A program made the position numbers and the translations under genes. DNA of 64,000 nt from an uncultured Neomegalonema sp. GTDB lineage: Bacteria; Pseudomonadota; Alphaproteobacteria; Rhodobacterales; Rhodobacteraceae. The first letter of the stretch is position 1. Each line of letters begins with the position of its first letter. The notes beneath the pieces are model-generated. The model saw only the letters and a list, made by a program, of their open reading frames with translations, made no database searches and was not told where the DNA came from. The stretch is taken from positions 2,856 through 66,855 of the forward strand of contig CAKZUT010000070.1 in assembly GCA_937922185.1 (NCBI GenBank), given 5' to 3'. Below are positions 9,656 through 20,542 of the stretch, one piece after another.

Positions 9656-11968
9656 ATGACCAATATCAACAGTCTGAACCAGTCCGGTGATGGTCAGGGC
9701 AGCCGGTATGCCCCGGATGTCGAAAACCCGGATATCGATCTTGGTTTCATCCTGTCGCAGTTGCGTCGGAACCGTATCCTTCTGCTCGGCTTGATCCTGC
9801 TTGGATTGTTGATCGGAAGCATCTCCTATCTTGCCGCCGAGCGGGAGTATACCGCCCATACGACCCTGATGATCAATATCGACGGGGATGCCGCATCGCA
9901 GCAGGGCGCGGGCCTTCTCGGCGCGTTCTCAGTGGGCCAGCCTGACCCCATCGCGACCCCCTTTGCCATTGCCGAGTCCAATGCTCTGCTCGCGCAGGTC
10001 GTGGACGAGATGCAGCTCGTGCTCGACCCTGAGTTCAATGCGAAACTGCGTGAGGTCACTCTCAGGGACAGGATCATTGAGGCCGTGAAACCCATCATCA
10101 CGTCGGTAAAGGACGCGGTGAAGAATCTGGTAAAGGGCGACGCTGCCCTGTCCGACTCCGAGGCACGCGATCCCGATTGGCTGAAGCCCGAAGTGCTGGA
10201 AAGAAGGCAAACGATAATCGCCTTGCGACGCAGCGTCGCGATCACCGATATGCAGGACGACATGCGGCTTCGGATCGCTGTCACGACCGGTGACCGCGTG
10301 AAATCTTCCAGGATCGCCGGGACGATGGCGAACAAACTCAACGCCCTGCTGAAGCAAAGCAAAGTGTCGGCGCTCGGCAGCGCGCGGAAATGGATCGAAC
10401 GCGAGGCCAGTCGCGTTGAGGTTTCGCTTCGTGATATCGAGAGGCAGATCAATGCCGAAATGAGCAGGGGCAGCGTGTCCCCCGATTCCGAGGTGCTCGG
10501 CGAGAATGCTGAGCGCCTGGTCGAGGGCGAGTTGATCCTCGAAGCGAACAAACGCCGGGAACAGGGATTGATCCAACTGGCGGCGGCGATTTCCCGGATT
10601 GAGGATGGCGCGACGCCCCGGTCGGCTTTCGCCACGATGCCCGACGACCTGAGAACCGACCTGTTCACGGATTATGAAGCGATATTCGGGTGGGAGCAAC
10701 GCGATGAAGTGCCGTCACGGTCCGACCTTGCCGCAGCGACCCGCCTGATCGAGCGCGATCTTGCCAGTCAGAGTGAAGTTACATCACGGCGTGAGCAGGA
10801 AATTCTCCCCCTGCGCGCCTATACCCGCAAGCTCTCGACGGCCCAGAACCGTTATATCCAGCTTCAGACGCGCTACACGGCCAGCACGGAACTTCTGACG
10901 ACGCTGCGGGAACGGCTGGCGGAGCTGCAGATCGAACTTGCCGGTGAGGTGGAACGTATGACGGTGCTCGAAAGGCCGTATCCGCCGCTCAGTCATAGCA
11001 GTCCGTCGCTCCCGTTCACCCTTGCATGGTACATCCTGCTCGGACTTGCGGCCGCAGTTGCGGTCATACTCATGCGCTTTTTCAAACGCGATGCCTTCCT
11101 GTCGCTGGAAGATGTGGAGCAGACCTTTGAAGCGCCGGCAATCGCCATCGTCTCGGATTTCCGCCGGAATCTGAGGGATGGATTTTCCTGGGATCGACTT
11201 CCCAACGAAATACAGGAAGCCTATCGCCGCGCTTATACGGCAGTATTCGTTGTGTCCGAGGGACAGGGATCACGGTCCCTGATGGTCACGTCCTCCATTC
11301 CCGGCGAAGGCAAGACGACGAGCAGTCTCTACATCGCCGCCGCCGCCGCCGAAGAAGGCAAAAAGACGCTGGTGATCGACCTCGACTTCCGCAAGCGCAG
11401 CGTATCGCGCTATCTCAAGCTGAAAGGCAAACTCGGAGTGTTTTCGGTATTCCGGGGCGATGACACTCTGGAAAATGCTGTCATTGCCTACAGATACGGG
11501 AAAAACGATAACGGGTTCGATGTGCTGACCACCGACGGACGCCGCAGTTCCGAGGGTGAGAACAGTCGCGAGACCCTGTCGGCAGGAGAGGTGCGGGATC
11601 TGATTGCCTCGGCGAAGGAGCAGTACGAGGTCGTGATCGTCGATGTGCCGCCGATCCTTGCGGTGCAGGATGCCGGCATGGTGGGCCGGATGGTCGATGC
11701 CGTCTTCTGTGTTGTCTCGACCCGTGATTTGCAGAGGAAAGCGGCCCGGCGTGCGGCAAAGGAATGGGAACGCGCCCGTGTGAAGCTGTTCGGCCTGCTG
11801 GTTCGCGGGGAAAAAAGCGAACTCCACGAATATTACGATTACAGCTATTATCATTATGATTATGCGGCGGGCGCGGAAGATGATCGCCCGCGACGGCCCT
11901 CGCAGCGCAAGCCCAAGCCGCGCAAGGATGTGGGGCGGCATCAGGCATCGGGCAGTTCAAGGGACTGA
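9656..11968 (+). CDS. polysaccharide co-polymerase / bacterial tyrosine autokinase (ExoP/Wzc/GumC-like)
   Basis: 770 aa. Architecture: N-terminal TM, a long coiled periplasmic region, a second TM, then a cytoplasmic P-loop (SSIPGEGKTTSSLYIA, VIVDVPP) and a C-terminal tyrosine cluster HEYYDYSYYHYDY. Confidence 0.85.
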   Translation: MTNINSLNQSGDGQGSRYAPDVENPDIDLGFILSQLRRNRILLLGLILLGLLIGSISYLAAEREYTAHTTLMINIDGDAASQQGAGLLGAFSVGQPDPIATPFAIAESNALLAQVVDEMQLVLDPEFNAKLREVTLRDRIIEAVKPIITSVKDAVKNLVKGDAALSDSEARDPDWLKPEVLERRQTIIALRRSVAITDMQDDMRLRIAVTTGDRVKSSRIAGTMANKLNALLKQSKVSALGSARKWIEREASRVEVSLRDIERQINAEMSRGSVSPDSEVLGENAERLVEGELILEANKRREQGLIQLAAAISRIEDGATPRSAFATMPDDLRTDLFTDYEAIFGWEQRDEVPSRSDLAAATRLIERDLASQSEVTSRREQEILPLRAYTRKLSTAQNRYIQLQTRYTASTELLTTLRERLAELQIELAGEVERMTVLERPYPPLSHSSPSLPFTLAWYILLGLAAAVAVILMRFFKRDAFLSLEDVEQTFEAPAIAIVSDFRRNLRDGFSWDRLPNEIQEAYRRAYTAVFVVSEGQGSRSLMVTSSIPGEGKTTSSLYIAAAAAEEGKKTLVIDLDFRKRSVSRYLKLKGKLGVFSVFRGDDTLENAVIAYRYGKNDNGFDVLTTDGRRSSEGENSRETLSAGEVRDLIASAKEQYEVVIVDVPPILAVQDAGMVGRMVDAVFCVVSTRDLQRKAARRAAKEWERARVKLFGLLVRGEKSELHEYYDYSYYHYDYAAGAEDDRPRRPSQRKPKPRKDVGRHQASGSSRD

Positions 11969-11974
11969 TAAACC

Positions 11975-12757
11975 ATGTTCAGACGTATGCTTTCTGCGGC
12001 GCGGCCCCGTGAAGCGCAACGCGAAGCCGTCTCTCTGCGCGCGCCCCGACCCCTTTTCGCGGTCGGCGATGTGCATGGCATGGCGGATATGCTCGACCGG
12101 ATGATCGAAACGATCCGGGAACGGATTGAGGGGGACGGCCTGAATGATGCGGCGGTCGTCTTTCTCGGGGATTACGTGGATCGGGGCCCGCATTCGCGGG
12201 AGACAATCGACCTGTTGCTGGAAAGTCAGGCGCGACTGGGGGTCGAGACGATCTTTATCCGGGGCAATCATGAGGATTTCGCCCGGCGGTTTCTGGATCG
12301 GCCCTTCGAGGAATCGCAGTGGCTGAAATGGGGCGGGGACAGCACGGTCGAATCCTACGGGATCGACCCGCAGGATTTCCCGGCGGGCGTTCAGGGTCAG
12401 GTTGCTCTGTCAAAGGCCTTGTCGGAGGCGATGGGCGCAACGCATACGGCCTTTCTGCGCGAGGGTCTGGTCACCCATCATAACGAGTGGCCTTTCTTTT
12501 TCTGCCATGCCGGAATCGACAGGCATCTTCCACCGGATGCCCAGCCTGAGCGCGCCCTGGTCCATGGCATTCGGGGGTTCCGTGAAACCGGCGGATGGCC
12601 CGACAGCGTTGTGGTCCATGGCCATTATATCACCGGCGAACCCGAGCTTGGATCACGGCGTATCGGCGTTGATACCGGCGCATATAGAAGCGGTGTTCTG
12701 ACCGCCGTGTTCTGCATCGACGAGACCATCGACTTCATCGAGATCGAAGACGAATAA
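11975..12757 (+). CDS. PPP-family metallophosphoesterase (PrpA/ApaH-like Ser/Thr protein phosphatase)
   Basis: GDVHGM, FLGDYVDRGPHS and RGNHE motifs in canonical order. It lies 7 nt after the kinase gene stop. Confidence 0.8.
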   Translation: MFRRMLSAARPREAQREAVSLRAPRPLFAVGDVHGMADMLDRMIETIRERIEGDGLNDAAVVFLGDYVDRGPHSRETIDLLLESQARLGVETIFIRGNHEDFARRFLDRPFEESQWLKWGGDSTVESYGIDPQDFPAGVQGQVALSKALSEAMGATHTAFLREGLVTHHNEWPFFFCHAGIDRHLPPDAQPERALVHGIRGFRETGGWPDSVVVHGHYITGEPELGSRRIGVDTGAYRSGVLTAVFCIDETIDFIEIEDE

Positions 12758-12842
12758 ACCTGAAGAGGATCACACAAAGGGATGACTCGCCTTTAAGGCT
12801 CTTTCGGGTGTATTAATACATACAGCCGATGGGGAGGCGAAC

Positions 12843-13502
12843 ATGATTATACTTCACGACGCACCATCGAGTATCCATGGCGCGAAGATTCGGATCATCC
12901 TGCACCGCAAGGGTCTGGACTGGTCGGAGGGAGATGCCGGGGATCTCTGTGCGAAGACCGGCGCGAAACCGTTCGCAACCATGCCTGTCCTGATCGATGA
13001 GGCGCTGAAGATCACGCAGCCCGGTGCCATGGCAGAATATCTGGAAGATATTTGCCGGGCACCCTCTATGCTCCCCGATGATCTGCGGGCGCGGGCAAAG
13101 GCGCGGGAATTGTCGGATTTTCTCGATACACGACTGGTTCCGGCGGTCTGCGCCCTCGCGGGTAGCGGTCAGGATGCGACGGATGCCGGAAATGCGGTGA
13201 CGGCGGAGTTGGCCGGGCTGGCCGCTCTGGTGGATCGGCGCCGGTATCAGCGACGGGGCAGTCGCCGACCGCCTCCCCTGCGGAGCGAATCCGTGCCGCT
13301 GTTGCTGGGTGACTGCGGATATCCGGCGGCCTGTGCATGGATCGAGACACTCAGCGAGGCGCGGGGTCTGGATATCGAGATACCCGGAGCGGTTCGTGCC
13401 TATCTGGATATGCTGGAGGCGATGGAGGCGGTTTCCCGGACCATGGCCCCCTGCCGCACTGCGATGCAGGACTGGATCGCGGCGCAATGTGCTGCGGCAT
13501 GA
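12843..13502 (+). CDS. glutathione S-transferase-like protein
   Basis: The N-terminal thioredoxin-like GST pattern is present (ILHDAPSSIHGAKIRIILHRKGLDW...PVLIDEALKITQPGAMAEYLEDI). The C-terminal half is poorly conserved, so the call is tentative. The antisense ORF 12813-13517 was judged a shadow. Confidence 0.5.
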   Translation: MIILHDAPSSIHGAKIRIILHRKGLDWSEGDAGDLCAKTGAKPFATMPVLIDEALKITQPGAMAEYLEDICRAPSMLPDDLRARAKARELSDFLDTRLVPAVCALAGSGQDATDAGNAVTAELAGLAALVDRRRYQRRGSRRPPPLRSESVPLLLGDCGYPAACAWIETLSEARGLDIEIPGAVRAYLDMLEAMEAVSRTMAPCRTAMQDWIAAQCAAA

Positions 13503-13556
13503 CGCGCCCCGGCGCATCCCGCTGGACGGGTCTGTCGTCGTTGGCCCCGCCGGATA

Positions 13557-15158
13557 TCAGGCCGCCGGAGCGGCCTGACGTACATCCGCGTCCACATCGG
13601 TCTCGTACTGGGCGAAATTGCTGATGAACATATGCACCAGCTTGCGCGCCTGCGTGTCATAGGCGTCGCGATCATCCCATGTCTTGCGGGGGTTGAGGAT
13701 GGTGTCGTTGATGTCGCGCACGGATACCGGCACGTCGAAGCCGAAATTCTCGTCCCTGCGGAACTCCCCTTCATTCAGCGAGCCGTCAAGGGCCGCTGTC
13801 AGAAGGCGGCGGGTGACGTTGATCGGCATCCGATTGCCTGCCCCGTAGGCCCCGCCTGTCCAGCCGGTATTCACCAGCCAGCAGGTCGAGCCGTGCTCGG
13901 CGATCTTCGCGCGCAGCAGGTTGCCGTATTCGGTAGGTTTGCGCGGCATGAAGGGCGCACCGAAACAGGTTGAGAAGGTCGGTTCCGGCTCGGTCACACC
14001 CTTTTCGGTTCCGGCCACCTTGGCGGTGAAACCGCTGAGAAAGTGGTACATCGCCTGCGCCGGGGTCAGCCGCGCGATGGGCGGAAGAACGCCGAAGCTG
14101 TCACAGGTCAGCATCACGATATTCTTCGGCACGCCAGCAAGGCCCGTCTCGGAGGCATTGGGAATCATGTCGAGCGGATAGCAGACGCGGGTGTTCTGCG
14201 TCAGGCTGGCATCGTCGAAATCGAGTGCGCGGGTATCGGGGTCCATGACCACGTTTTCCAGCACGGCCCCGAATTTCGACGTGGTGTCGTAGATTTCAGG
14301 CTCGGCCTCGTGCGACAGGTTGATCGTCTTGGCGTAGCAGCCGCCCTCGAAATTGAAGATGCCGTCATCCGACCAGCCATGCTCGTCATCGCCGATGAGA
14401 ACGCGATTCGGATCGGCGGAAAGCGTTGTCTTCCCGGTGCCGGAAAGGCCGAAGAACACGGCGGAATCATGGGGGTCACCCTGCGCGTGGTTGGCCGAGC
14501 AATGCATCGGCATCACGCCTTTTTCGGGCAGGACGTAGTTCATCACCCCGAAGATCGATTTCTTGTTCTCGCCCGCATAGGAGGTGCTGCCGATCAGGAC
14601 CAGCTTCTTTTCGAAGGATACCGCGATCACCGTTTCGGAGCGACAGCCGTGCCGTGCCGGGTCTGCCCGGAAGCTGGGGCAATTGATGACGGTCCATTCA
14701 TTGACGAAACTTGCCAGTTCGGAGCGTTCCGGGCGGCGCATCATGTTGCGGATGAACAGCATGTGCCAGGCCAGCTCATTCACGAAGCGCACCGGAATCC
14801 GATGGGCGGGGTCGGCACCGCAGGCCAGATCCTGCACGAAGACGGTCTTCGATTTCAGGTGGTCGAGCATGTCCGCATGGAGAGCGTCGAAATGGGCGGG
14901 TTCCATCGCCGCGTTGTTCGTCCAGTCTACCGTGTGTTCCGTGGTCGCGTCCCGGACGGTGAACTTGTCCTTCGGCGAGCGGCCTGTGTGCTGGCCGGTC
15001 AGGGCCAGAAGCGCGCCGCCGGGGGCCAGTTGCGCCTCGTCGCGCTGAAGGGCGTGTTCCACAAGGGCGGCTTCGAGGTCGTTGTAATAGACGGCCCCCG
15101 CTTCGATCCCGTTCTGTTTCAAACCATGGTCGGGATTTCTCGTACCGCTCTCGTTCAC
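13557..15158 (-). CDS. pckA: phosphoenolpyruvate carboxykinase (ATP)
   Basis: 533 aa with [16 protein letters not shown] (kinase-1a P-loop), IGDDEHGW and NTGWTGG motifs. Confidence 0.95.
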   Translation of the reverse strand: MNESGTRNPDHGLKQNGIEAGAVYYNDLEAALVEHALQRDEAQLAPGGALLALTGQHTGRSPKDKFTVRDATTEHTVDWTNNAAMEPAHFDALHADMLDHLKSKTVFVQDLACGADPAHRIPVRFVNELAWHMLFIRNMMRRPERSELASFVNEWTVINCPSFRADPARHGCRSETVIAVSFEKKLVLIGSTSYAGENKKSIFGVMNYVLPEKGVMPMHCSANHAQGDPHDSAVFFGLSGTGKTTLSADPNRVLIGDDEHGWSDDGIFNFEGGCYAKTINLSHEAEPEIYDTTSKFGAVLENVVMDPDTRALDFDDASLTQNTRVCYPLDMIPNASETGLAGVPKNIVMLTCDSFGVLPPIARLTPAQAMYHFLSGFTAKVAGTEKGVTEPEPTFSTCFGAPFMPRKPTEYGNLLRAKIAEHGSTCWLVNTGWTGGAYGAGNRMPINVTRRLLTAALDGSLNEGEFRRDENFGFDVPVSVRDINDTILNPRKTWDDRDAYDTQARKLVHMFISNFAQYETDVDADVRQAAPAA

Positions 15159-15546
15159 ACCATTATCCTCCGGGGTCAGTCTACCGGGGCCGTTTTGCGG
15201 CCCGTACAGAAAATGCGTCCATGGGCCGCTTCCATACCTTCAAGGCTATGGCCATGACAACGCAATTATGTTGCGCGGGGGTGGAGAAACCGTTCGAAAT
15301 TCCTGCTTGATTGCCGAACGGTCGGAACATGCATCTTTTGTGGGAGGATTCTCACAGGAGTGTTGCCATGTGGTGAATCGCAAGGGCTTTGCATCACGGG
15401 GCCTGTGTAAGCGGAAATCGCCCGGCCTGCCCCGGTTCCGCCCTGTCAGCGCCGGAATCGGGTAGATGTCGCGTATCAGGAACGATTGTACCGCCGTTCC
15501 AACCTGCGTAAGGTCCGCGAGCGAGCAAGCCCGACCGGAGAAGCCT

Positions 15547-16245
15547 ATGCCGACGATTGCCCTTGTGGATGATGACCGCAATATCCTGACTTCCGTGTCC
15601 ATTGCTCTGGAGGCGGATGGATTTGAGGTACGGACTTATTCCGACGGGGCGGCGGCCCTTGCCGCGCTCAGCCAGAATCCGCCGGATGTGGCCGTGCTGG
15701 ATATCAAGATGCCGCGCATGGACGGGATGGAACTGCTGCGCCGCCTGCGCCAGAAATCGGATATGCCGATCCTGTTTCTCACGTCCAAGGATGAAGAGAT
15801 CGACGAGGTTCTCGGCCTGCGAATGGGGGCGGATGACTACATTCGCAAGCCGTTCTCCCAGCGCCTGCTGATCGAGCGTATCCGCGCGGTGCTGCGCCGC
15901 CGGGATGCCCAGATCGAGGGCGGCGAGCGGCAGGAAAAGGACAAGGTGATGACGCGGGGCAGCCTGACACTTGACCCGCTGCGCCATTCCTGCGTGTGGA
16001 AGAGCGAGCCGGTCACGCTGACGGTTACGGAATTCCTGATCCTTCAGGCGCTGGCCACGCGGCCCGGTTTTGTGAAAAGCCGTGATGCCCTGATGGATGC
16101 CGCTTATGACGATCAGGTCTATGTCGATGATCGAACCATCGACAGCCACATCAAACGCATCCGCAAGAAGTTCCGCGTCGTCGATGACGATTTTGCAGCA
16201 ATCGAGACCCTTTATGGCGTCGGATACCGGTATCGCGAAACCTGA
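15547..16245 (+). CDS. chvI: OmpR-family response regulator ChvI
   Basis: [28 protein letters not shown]...[14 protein letters not shown]...winged-helix C-terminus YGVGYRY. Divergent from pckA and followed by chvG. The start was set at the ATG at 15547 rather than the longer track ORF. Confidence 0.9.
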   Translation: MPTIALVDDDRNILTSVSIALEADGFEVRTYSDGAAALAALSQNPPDVAVLDIKMPRMDGMELLRRLRQKSDMPILFLTSKDEEIDEVLGLRMGADDYIRKPFSQRLLIERIRAVLRRRDAQIEGGERQEKDKVMTRGSLTLDPLRHSCVWKSEPVTLTVTEFLILQALATRPGFVKSRDALMDAAYDDQVYVDDRTIDSHIKRIRKKFRVVDDDFAAIETLYGVGYRYRET

Positions 16246-17965
16246 ACCCCCGGCCTCTCAGGCCCCGCCGCTCTCCGCGCTGGATGGTGAGGGGCCGGAG
16301 TTCGTCGCTATGGATGCGGCGGGCGACGGCAAAGTCGCGCGTCCCGTCCTGCGCCCTGCACGACCCGGCCTCGCAGGCGAAATGAGGGCTTTGCTGGTAA
16401 GCCCCATGCGCTCGCTGACCCGGCGGATCGTGGCGACCAATCTCGTCGGTCTGGCCATACTCGTTGCAACGGTCCTCTATCTCAACCAGATGCGCGATGA
16501 GCTGATCGATGTGCGCGTCGAATCTCTGGCGACGGAGGCGAATATTCTCGCCACAGCCATTGCCGAGATCGCCTCGACGGGGCCGGAGAAGGACAGGATC
16601 GATGCTCAGGCGGCGGTCGAATTGCTGCGCCAGCTCACCCTGCGGACGGACCAGCGCGCGCAATTGTACCGCAATGGTCGCCTGATCGGGGATACCCGCG
16701 ATTTCCAGCCCGCCCGTGCGAAGGTCGAGACGCGCTACCTGCCGCCTCTGGACGGGGCAAGCGGCCTGCTCGGCTGGATCGAGGAACTCTACAGCCGCGC
16801 GGTGCGGCTGGTGCAGCGGCGCAATCTGCCTCTCTATATCGAAAGCTCGGTGCCCGGCATCGAGGAAGACCCGGCGATCTGGACCGCGCAACTTGGCGAC
16901 ACCGCCACGTCCCAGCGCGCCAACAGCGAGGGGGAGCTTATCGTATCCGTTGCTGTCCCGGTGCGGCGGCTGAAGGTTATCATGGGCGTCCTGATGCTCT
17001 CGACCGAGGGCGGGGATATCGACCGGGTGATCCGGGCAGGGCGCATCGAGATCCTGCGTATTTTCGTGGTGGCGGGGCTGGTGTCGATCCTGCTCGCGAT
17101 TTTGCTGGCGAACGGCATCGCGCGACCTTTGCGTCGGCTGGCCAGGGCCGCCGATGCCGCGCGGGCCGACGAAGGCCAGCTTGTCGCTTCCGAGCGGGTG
17201 GAAATTCCCGATCTGACGTCCCGTGCTGACGAGATCGGCAATCTTTCCGGCTCGATGCGCCGCATGACGGACGCTCTCTACGGGCGGATCGACGCCATTG
17301 AGAGTTTTGCCGCCGATGTGGCCCATGAGATCAAGAATCCGCTTTCCTCCCTGCGATCAGCCACGGAAACGCTCGACTATGCGAAGACCGACGCGGCGCG
17401 GGAGCGTTTGTACACGGTGATCCGGGAAGACGTGGACCGTCTCGACCGTCTGGTTACGGATATCTCCAATGCCTCGCGTCTGGATGCCGAACTGGTGCGC
17501 GAGGAACGGGCACCCTTCGATCTGGGAGCATTGGTCGAGACGACCGCCGACATCCTCGCACAGAACGCCGTCGCCCGGCGGGTGCGTATCGTGGCGGATG
17601 TGCCGGACGGCGCGCTGACGGTGCGGGGGCTGGAAAGCCGGATCGCGCAGGTCGTCTCGAATATCGTGCTGAACGGCATTTCCTTCAGCCCCGAGGACGG
17701 AACGCTGCGGGTGGCCGCGTGGCGCGATGATCTCAAGGCCGCTGTCATCACCGTGGAGGATGACGGGCCGGGTATCCCGGCGGACAATCTCGATTCGATC
17801 TTCGAGCGTTTCTATACCGAGCGCCCGGAAGGAGAGGCATTCGGGCGGCATTCAGGGCTTGGCCTGTCGATCTCCCGCCGGATCGTGGAGGCCCATGGCG
17901 GGACGATCCGGGCCGAGAACCGCGAGGGGGGCGGCGCTCGCTTCATCGTGCGGCTGCCCAGTTGA
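16214..17965 (+). CDS. chvG: sensor histidine kinase ChvG/ExoS-like
   Basis: Two TM segments, HAMP, H-box [17 protein letters not shown]-box and G-boxes ([23 protein letters not shown]). The start is uncertain: ATG at 16214 or 16310. The track ORF start at 16097 overlaps chvI too far. Confidence 0.85.
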   Translation: MASDTGIAKPEPPASQAPPLSALDGEGPEFVAMDAAGDGKVARPVLRPARPGLAGEMRALLVSPMRSLTRRIVATNLVGLAILVATVLYLNQMRDELIDVRVESLATEANILATAIAEIASTGPEKDRIDAQAAVELLRQLTLRTDQRAQLYRNGRLIGDTRDFQPARAKVETRYLPPLDGASGLLGWIEELYSRAVRLVQRRNLPLYIESSVPGIEEDPAIWTAQLGDTATSQRANSEGELIVSVAVPVRRLKVIMGVLMLSTEGGDIDRVIRAGRIEILRIFVVAGLVSILLAILLANGIARPLRRLARAADAARADEGQLVASERVEIPDLTSRADEIGNLSGSMRRMTDALYGRIDAIESFAADVAHEIKNPLSSLRSATETLDYAKTDAARERLYTVIREDVDRLDRLVTDISNASRLDAELVREERAPFDLGALVETTADILAQNAVARRVRIVADVPDGALTVRGLESRIAQVVSNIVLNGISFSPEDGTLRVAAWRDDLKAAVITVEDDGPGIPADNLDSIFERFYTERPEGEAFGRHSGLGLSISRRIVEAHGGTIRAENREGGGARFIVRLPS

Positions 17966-17983
17966 GAAAGGAGGGGGAGCGGC

Positions 17984-20542
17984 TCAGATCTTCGCGATCG
18001 CCCGTACCAGCGTATCGCGGTCATAGGGCTTTTGCACCACCGGCACGCCGGGAAACAGCTCGGTCAGGTCGCGTATCTCGCCATAGCCGGTCGCAAAGAC
18101 GAAGGGTATGCCGTCCCGCGCCAGCCGTGATGCCACCGGCGTCGATGTCTCCATTCCGAGATTCACGTCAAGCAGGGCGAAATCGAAGACCGTCTCCTCC
18201 ATGGCCCGGATCGCCTGTCCGTTGCTCGATGTTGTGACGACCGCTTCCGCGCCCAGATCCACCAGATAGCTTTCGGCATCGAGCGCGATGATCATGTTGT
18301 CCTCCACGATCAGAACCTTGCCCATCTGCACCGCAGGCACCGCCGCAGGGGGCGTTTCGGCCACATGCTCAACCCTGCGATTGGCGAAGCGGTCGATGCT
18401 TTCCGAGGGCAGCAGGAAGGACGCACGTACCCCCGCAGGATCGTAGTCGATTTCGGAAGTGCCGTTCAGTTCATAAGGGATCGAGCGTTCGATGATCGTG
18501 GTGCCGAAGCCCCGCCGGGTGGGTCTGGCCACGGGCGGGCCTCCGGTTTCCTGCCATCCGATTTGCAATTGCCCGTCGCTCTGACGCTCAAGCGTGACCG
18601 TGACCGTCCCTGTCGAGTCGGCCAGCGCCCCGTATTTGGCGGAGTTCGTCAGCAATTCGTGGATCACGAGCGCCACTGTCGAATAGGCATGGGGATGCAG
18701 CATCGCATCCGGCCCCACCATGACCACCCGGTCCCGTTTGGCGCCCAGATACGCGGCGGTCTCGGTCTGGATCAGGTCGTGGAGGGAGGCGGGCGACCAG
18801 TTCTCCCGCGTGATCTGATCATGAGCGCGGGCGAGGGCATGGACGCGGCCCCCGATGACATTGGTGAAGCTGACGATATCGCTCTGGCCATCGGCACTTT
18901 GTGCGATCAGACTCTTGATGAGGTTCAGGATATTGCGGACCCGATGGTTCAGTTCCGCGATCAGCAATTCCTGTTGCTCCTTCGAGCGGATCTGGTCGCG
19001 TATGTTCGCGCTGGCCATACGCAGCACCACTTCCATCAGCGTCACGCGCAGGGACTCGGCGGTCTGCAATTCAATGTCCGTCCAGGGCGCGCTGTGGTGG
19101 CGCAGGATCTGCTGCCATGCCGCGAAGCTCTGGCGCGGAGTGAGCCGTGTGCTGTTCGGCCCCATCGTCATGGGTTTTTCGGGATTTCCGGCCCAGCGGA
19201 CCGATTGGACGACCTCCTGCCGGAAGAGGACGATATAATCCCTCGGTGTCCGCGATACCGGCAGGACCATCGCTCCCGCCGCCCTCTCCGCGAAAGCCTC
19301 CGCTTCCGGGAAGGGCTTTGACAGGCATTCCGTGGCGAACAGGCGGCTTGCCGTCGTGGTATTCAGCGAGGGGACAAGGGCCTCGAATTCCTCGCGGGTC
19401 GGTGTCTGCCCGACCGAGCGGAACTCGCCGTCGATCCACCCGACCGCGCCGTCATGGGGAATGACGGGAGCAGTCGCGTCGATGATCGCCTCGAAATTGT
19501 CACTGACCGAGACGTTCTCGGCAAGCTGTGCCATCAGCCGGTCATGAAGCTTGCGGCCCGCTTCCGTGGCCATCCGTTCGGCATCGCCCTGTTTCTGGTC
19601 GAGCAGAAACGAGAAGAGCTGCGCGAACAGTTCCGCCGCCGTACGGACCGGATAGGACGGCACCTTTGCCGTCTCGTGATGACAGGCGAACAGCCCCCAC
19701 AGCTTTCCCCGCCGCAGGATCGAGATCGACATGGAGGCGCTCACACCCATATTCCGCAGGTATTCCAGATGGATGGGCGAGACGGCACGCACCGAACTCA
19801 TGCTCATGTCGAGGGGCTGGCCTTCCGGGTTGAGCACCGGTTCTATCTCGATGCCCTCGTCATGCACATCCGCGATCACACGCAGCAGGTTCCGCGTATA
19901 GAGTGCCCTCGCCTGCCTCGGAATGTCAGAGGCGGGATAACGCAGCCCGAGATACGGCTCCATTCCCGGCGCACAGGTTTCCGCGATCACCTCGCCGCTG
20001 TCATCGGGGGCAAAGCGATAGACCATCACCCGGTCATAGCCGGTCAGTGCCTTTATCTGCCGCGCGGCGATATCGCAGAGATGCTTTGTGTCCTGTGCGC
20101 CGGTCATCCGTTCGATCATCGGTTTGACATAGCTGGACGGGTCCGCCTGACGGTTCGCCTCGCACCGCTCTCCCTCGATGATGATGGAGCTGCCCGACTG
20201 GTGGACCGCAATATCGAAGGAAGTGTCTCTGTCGGTCAGGCGCAGGTTGAAGAGACGTCCCACCGAATCCGGCCCGCCCAGCATCTGAAGCTGCGAGCGA
20301 AGATCGTGGATCGCATCGGGGGTGAACAGGGTGTTCAACGGCGTTCCGGCCCGGAGAGGCTGGTCCAGTCCGAGAATATCCCCGGCATTCCGCGACACAT
20401 GGTTCACTATCCAGTCGCCGGTAACGGAAATCAGAAAGCCGAAATACTGCACCCGTCCGGGGGTGTGGATCGGCTCACGGTCGCAATTGGTCAGGTCGAC
20501 TTCCTCGCGGGCGAGGCTGTGGTCGATCTCAGGCGAGTTCAT
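17984..20542 (-). CDS. bphP: bacteriophytochrome: PAS-GAF-PHY photosensory core, HWE-type histidine kinase and C-terminal receiver
   Basis: The N-terminal DLTNCDREPIHTPGRVQ contains the biliverdin-binding Cys. A GAF/PHY region follows, then the HWE/HisKA_2 H-box ELNHRVRNILNLIKSL and a receiver (KVLIVEDNMIIALDAE...LLDVNL). Confidence 0.9.
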   Translation of the reverse strand: MNSPEIDHSLAREEVDLTNCDREPIHTPGRVQYFGFLISVTGDWIVNHVSRNAGDILGLDQPLRAGTPLNTLFTPDAIHDLRSQLQMLGGPDSVGRLFNLRLTDRDTSFDIAVHQSGSSIIIEGERCEANRQADPSSYVKPMIERMTGAQDTKHLCDIAARQIKALTGYDRVMVYRFAPDDSGEVIAETCAPGMEPYLGLRYPASDIPRQARALYTRNLLRVIADVHDEGIEIEPVLNPEGQPLDMSMSSVRAVSPIHLEYLRNMGVSASMSISILRRGKLWGLFACHHETAKVPSYPVRTAAELFAQLFSFLLDQKQGDAERMATEAGRKLHDRLMAQLAENVSVSDNFEAIIDATAPVIPHDGAVGWIDGEFRSVGQTPTREEFEALVPSLNTTTASRLFATECLSKPFPEAEAFAERAAGAMVLPVSRTPRDYIVLFRQEVVQSVRWAGNPEKPMTMGPNSTRLTPRQSFAAWQQILRHHSAPWTDIELQTAESLRVTLMEVVLRMASANIRDQIRSKEQQELLIAELNHRVRNILNLIKSLIAQSADGQSDIVSFTNVIGGRVHALARAHDQITRENWSPASLHDLIQTETAAYLGAKRDRVVMVGPDAMLHPHAYSTVALVIHELLTNSAKYGALADSTGTVTVTLERQSDGQLQIGWQETGGPPVARPTRRGFGTTIIERSIPYELNGTSEIDYDPAGVRASFLLPSESIDRFANRRVEHVAETPPAAVPAVQMGKVLIVEDNMIIALDAESYLVDLGAEAVVTTSSNGQAIRAMEETVFDFALLDVNLGMETSTPVASRLARDGIPFVFATGYGEIRDLTELFPGVPVVQKPYDRDTLVRAIAKI

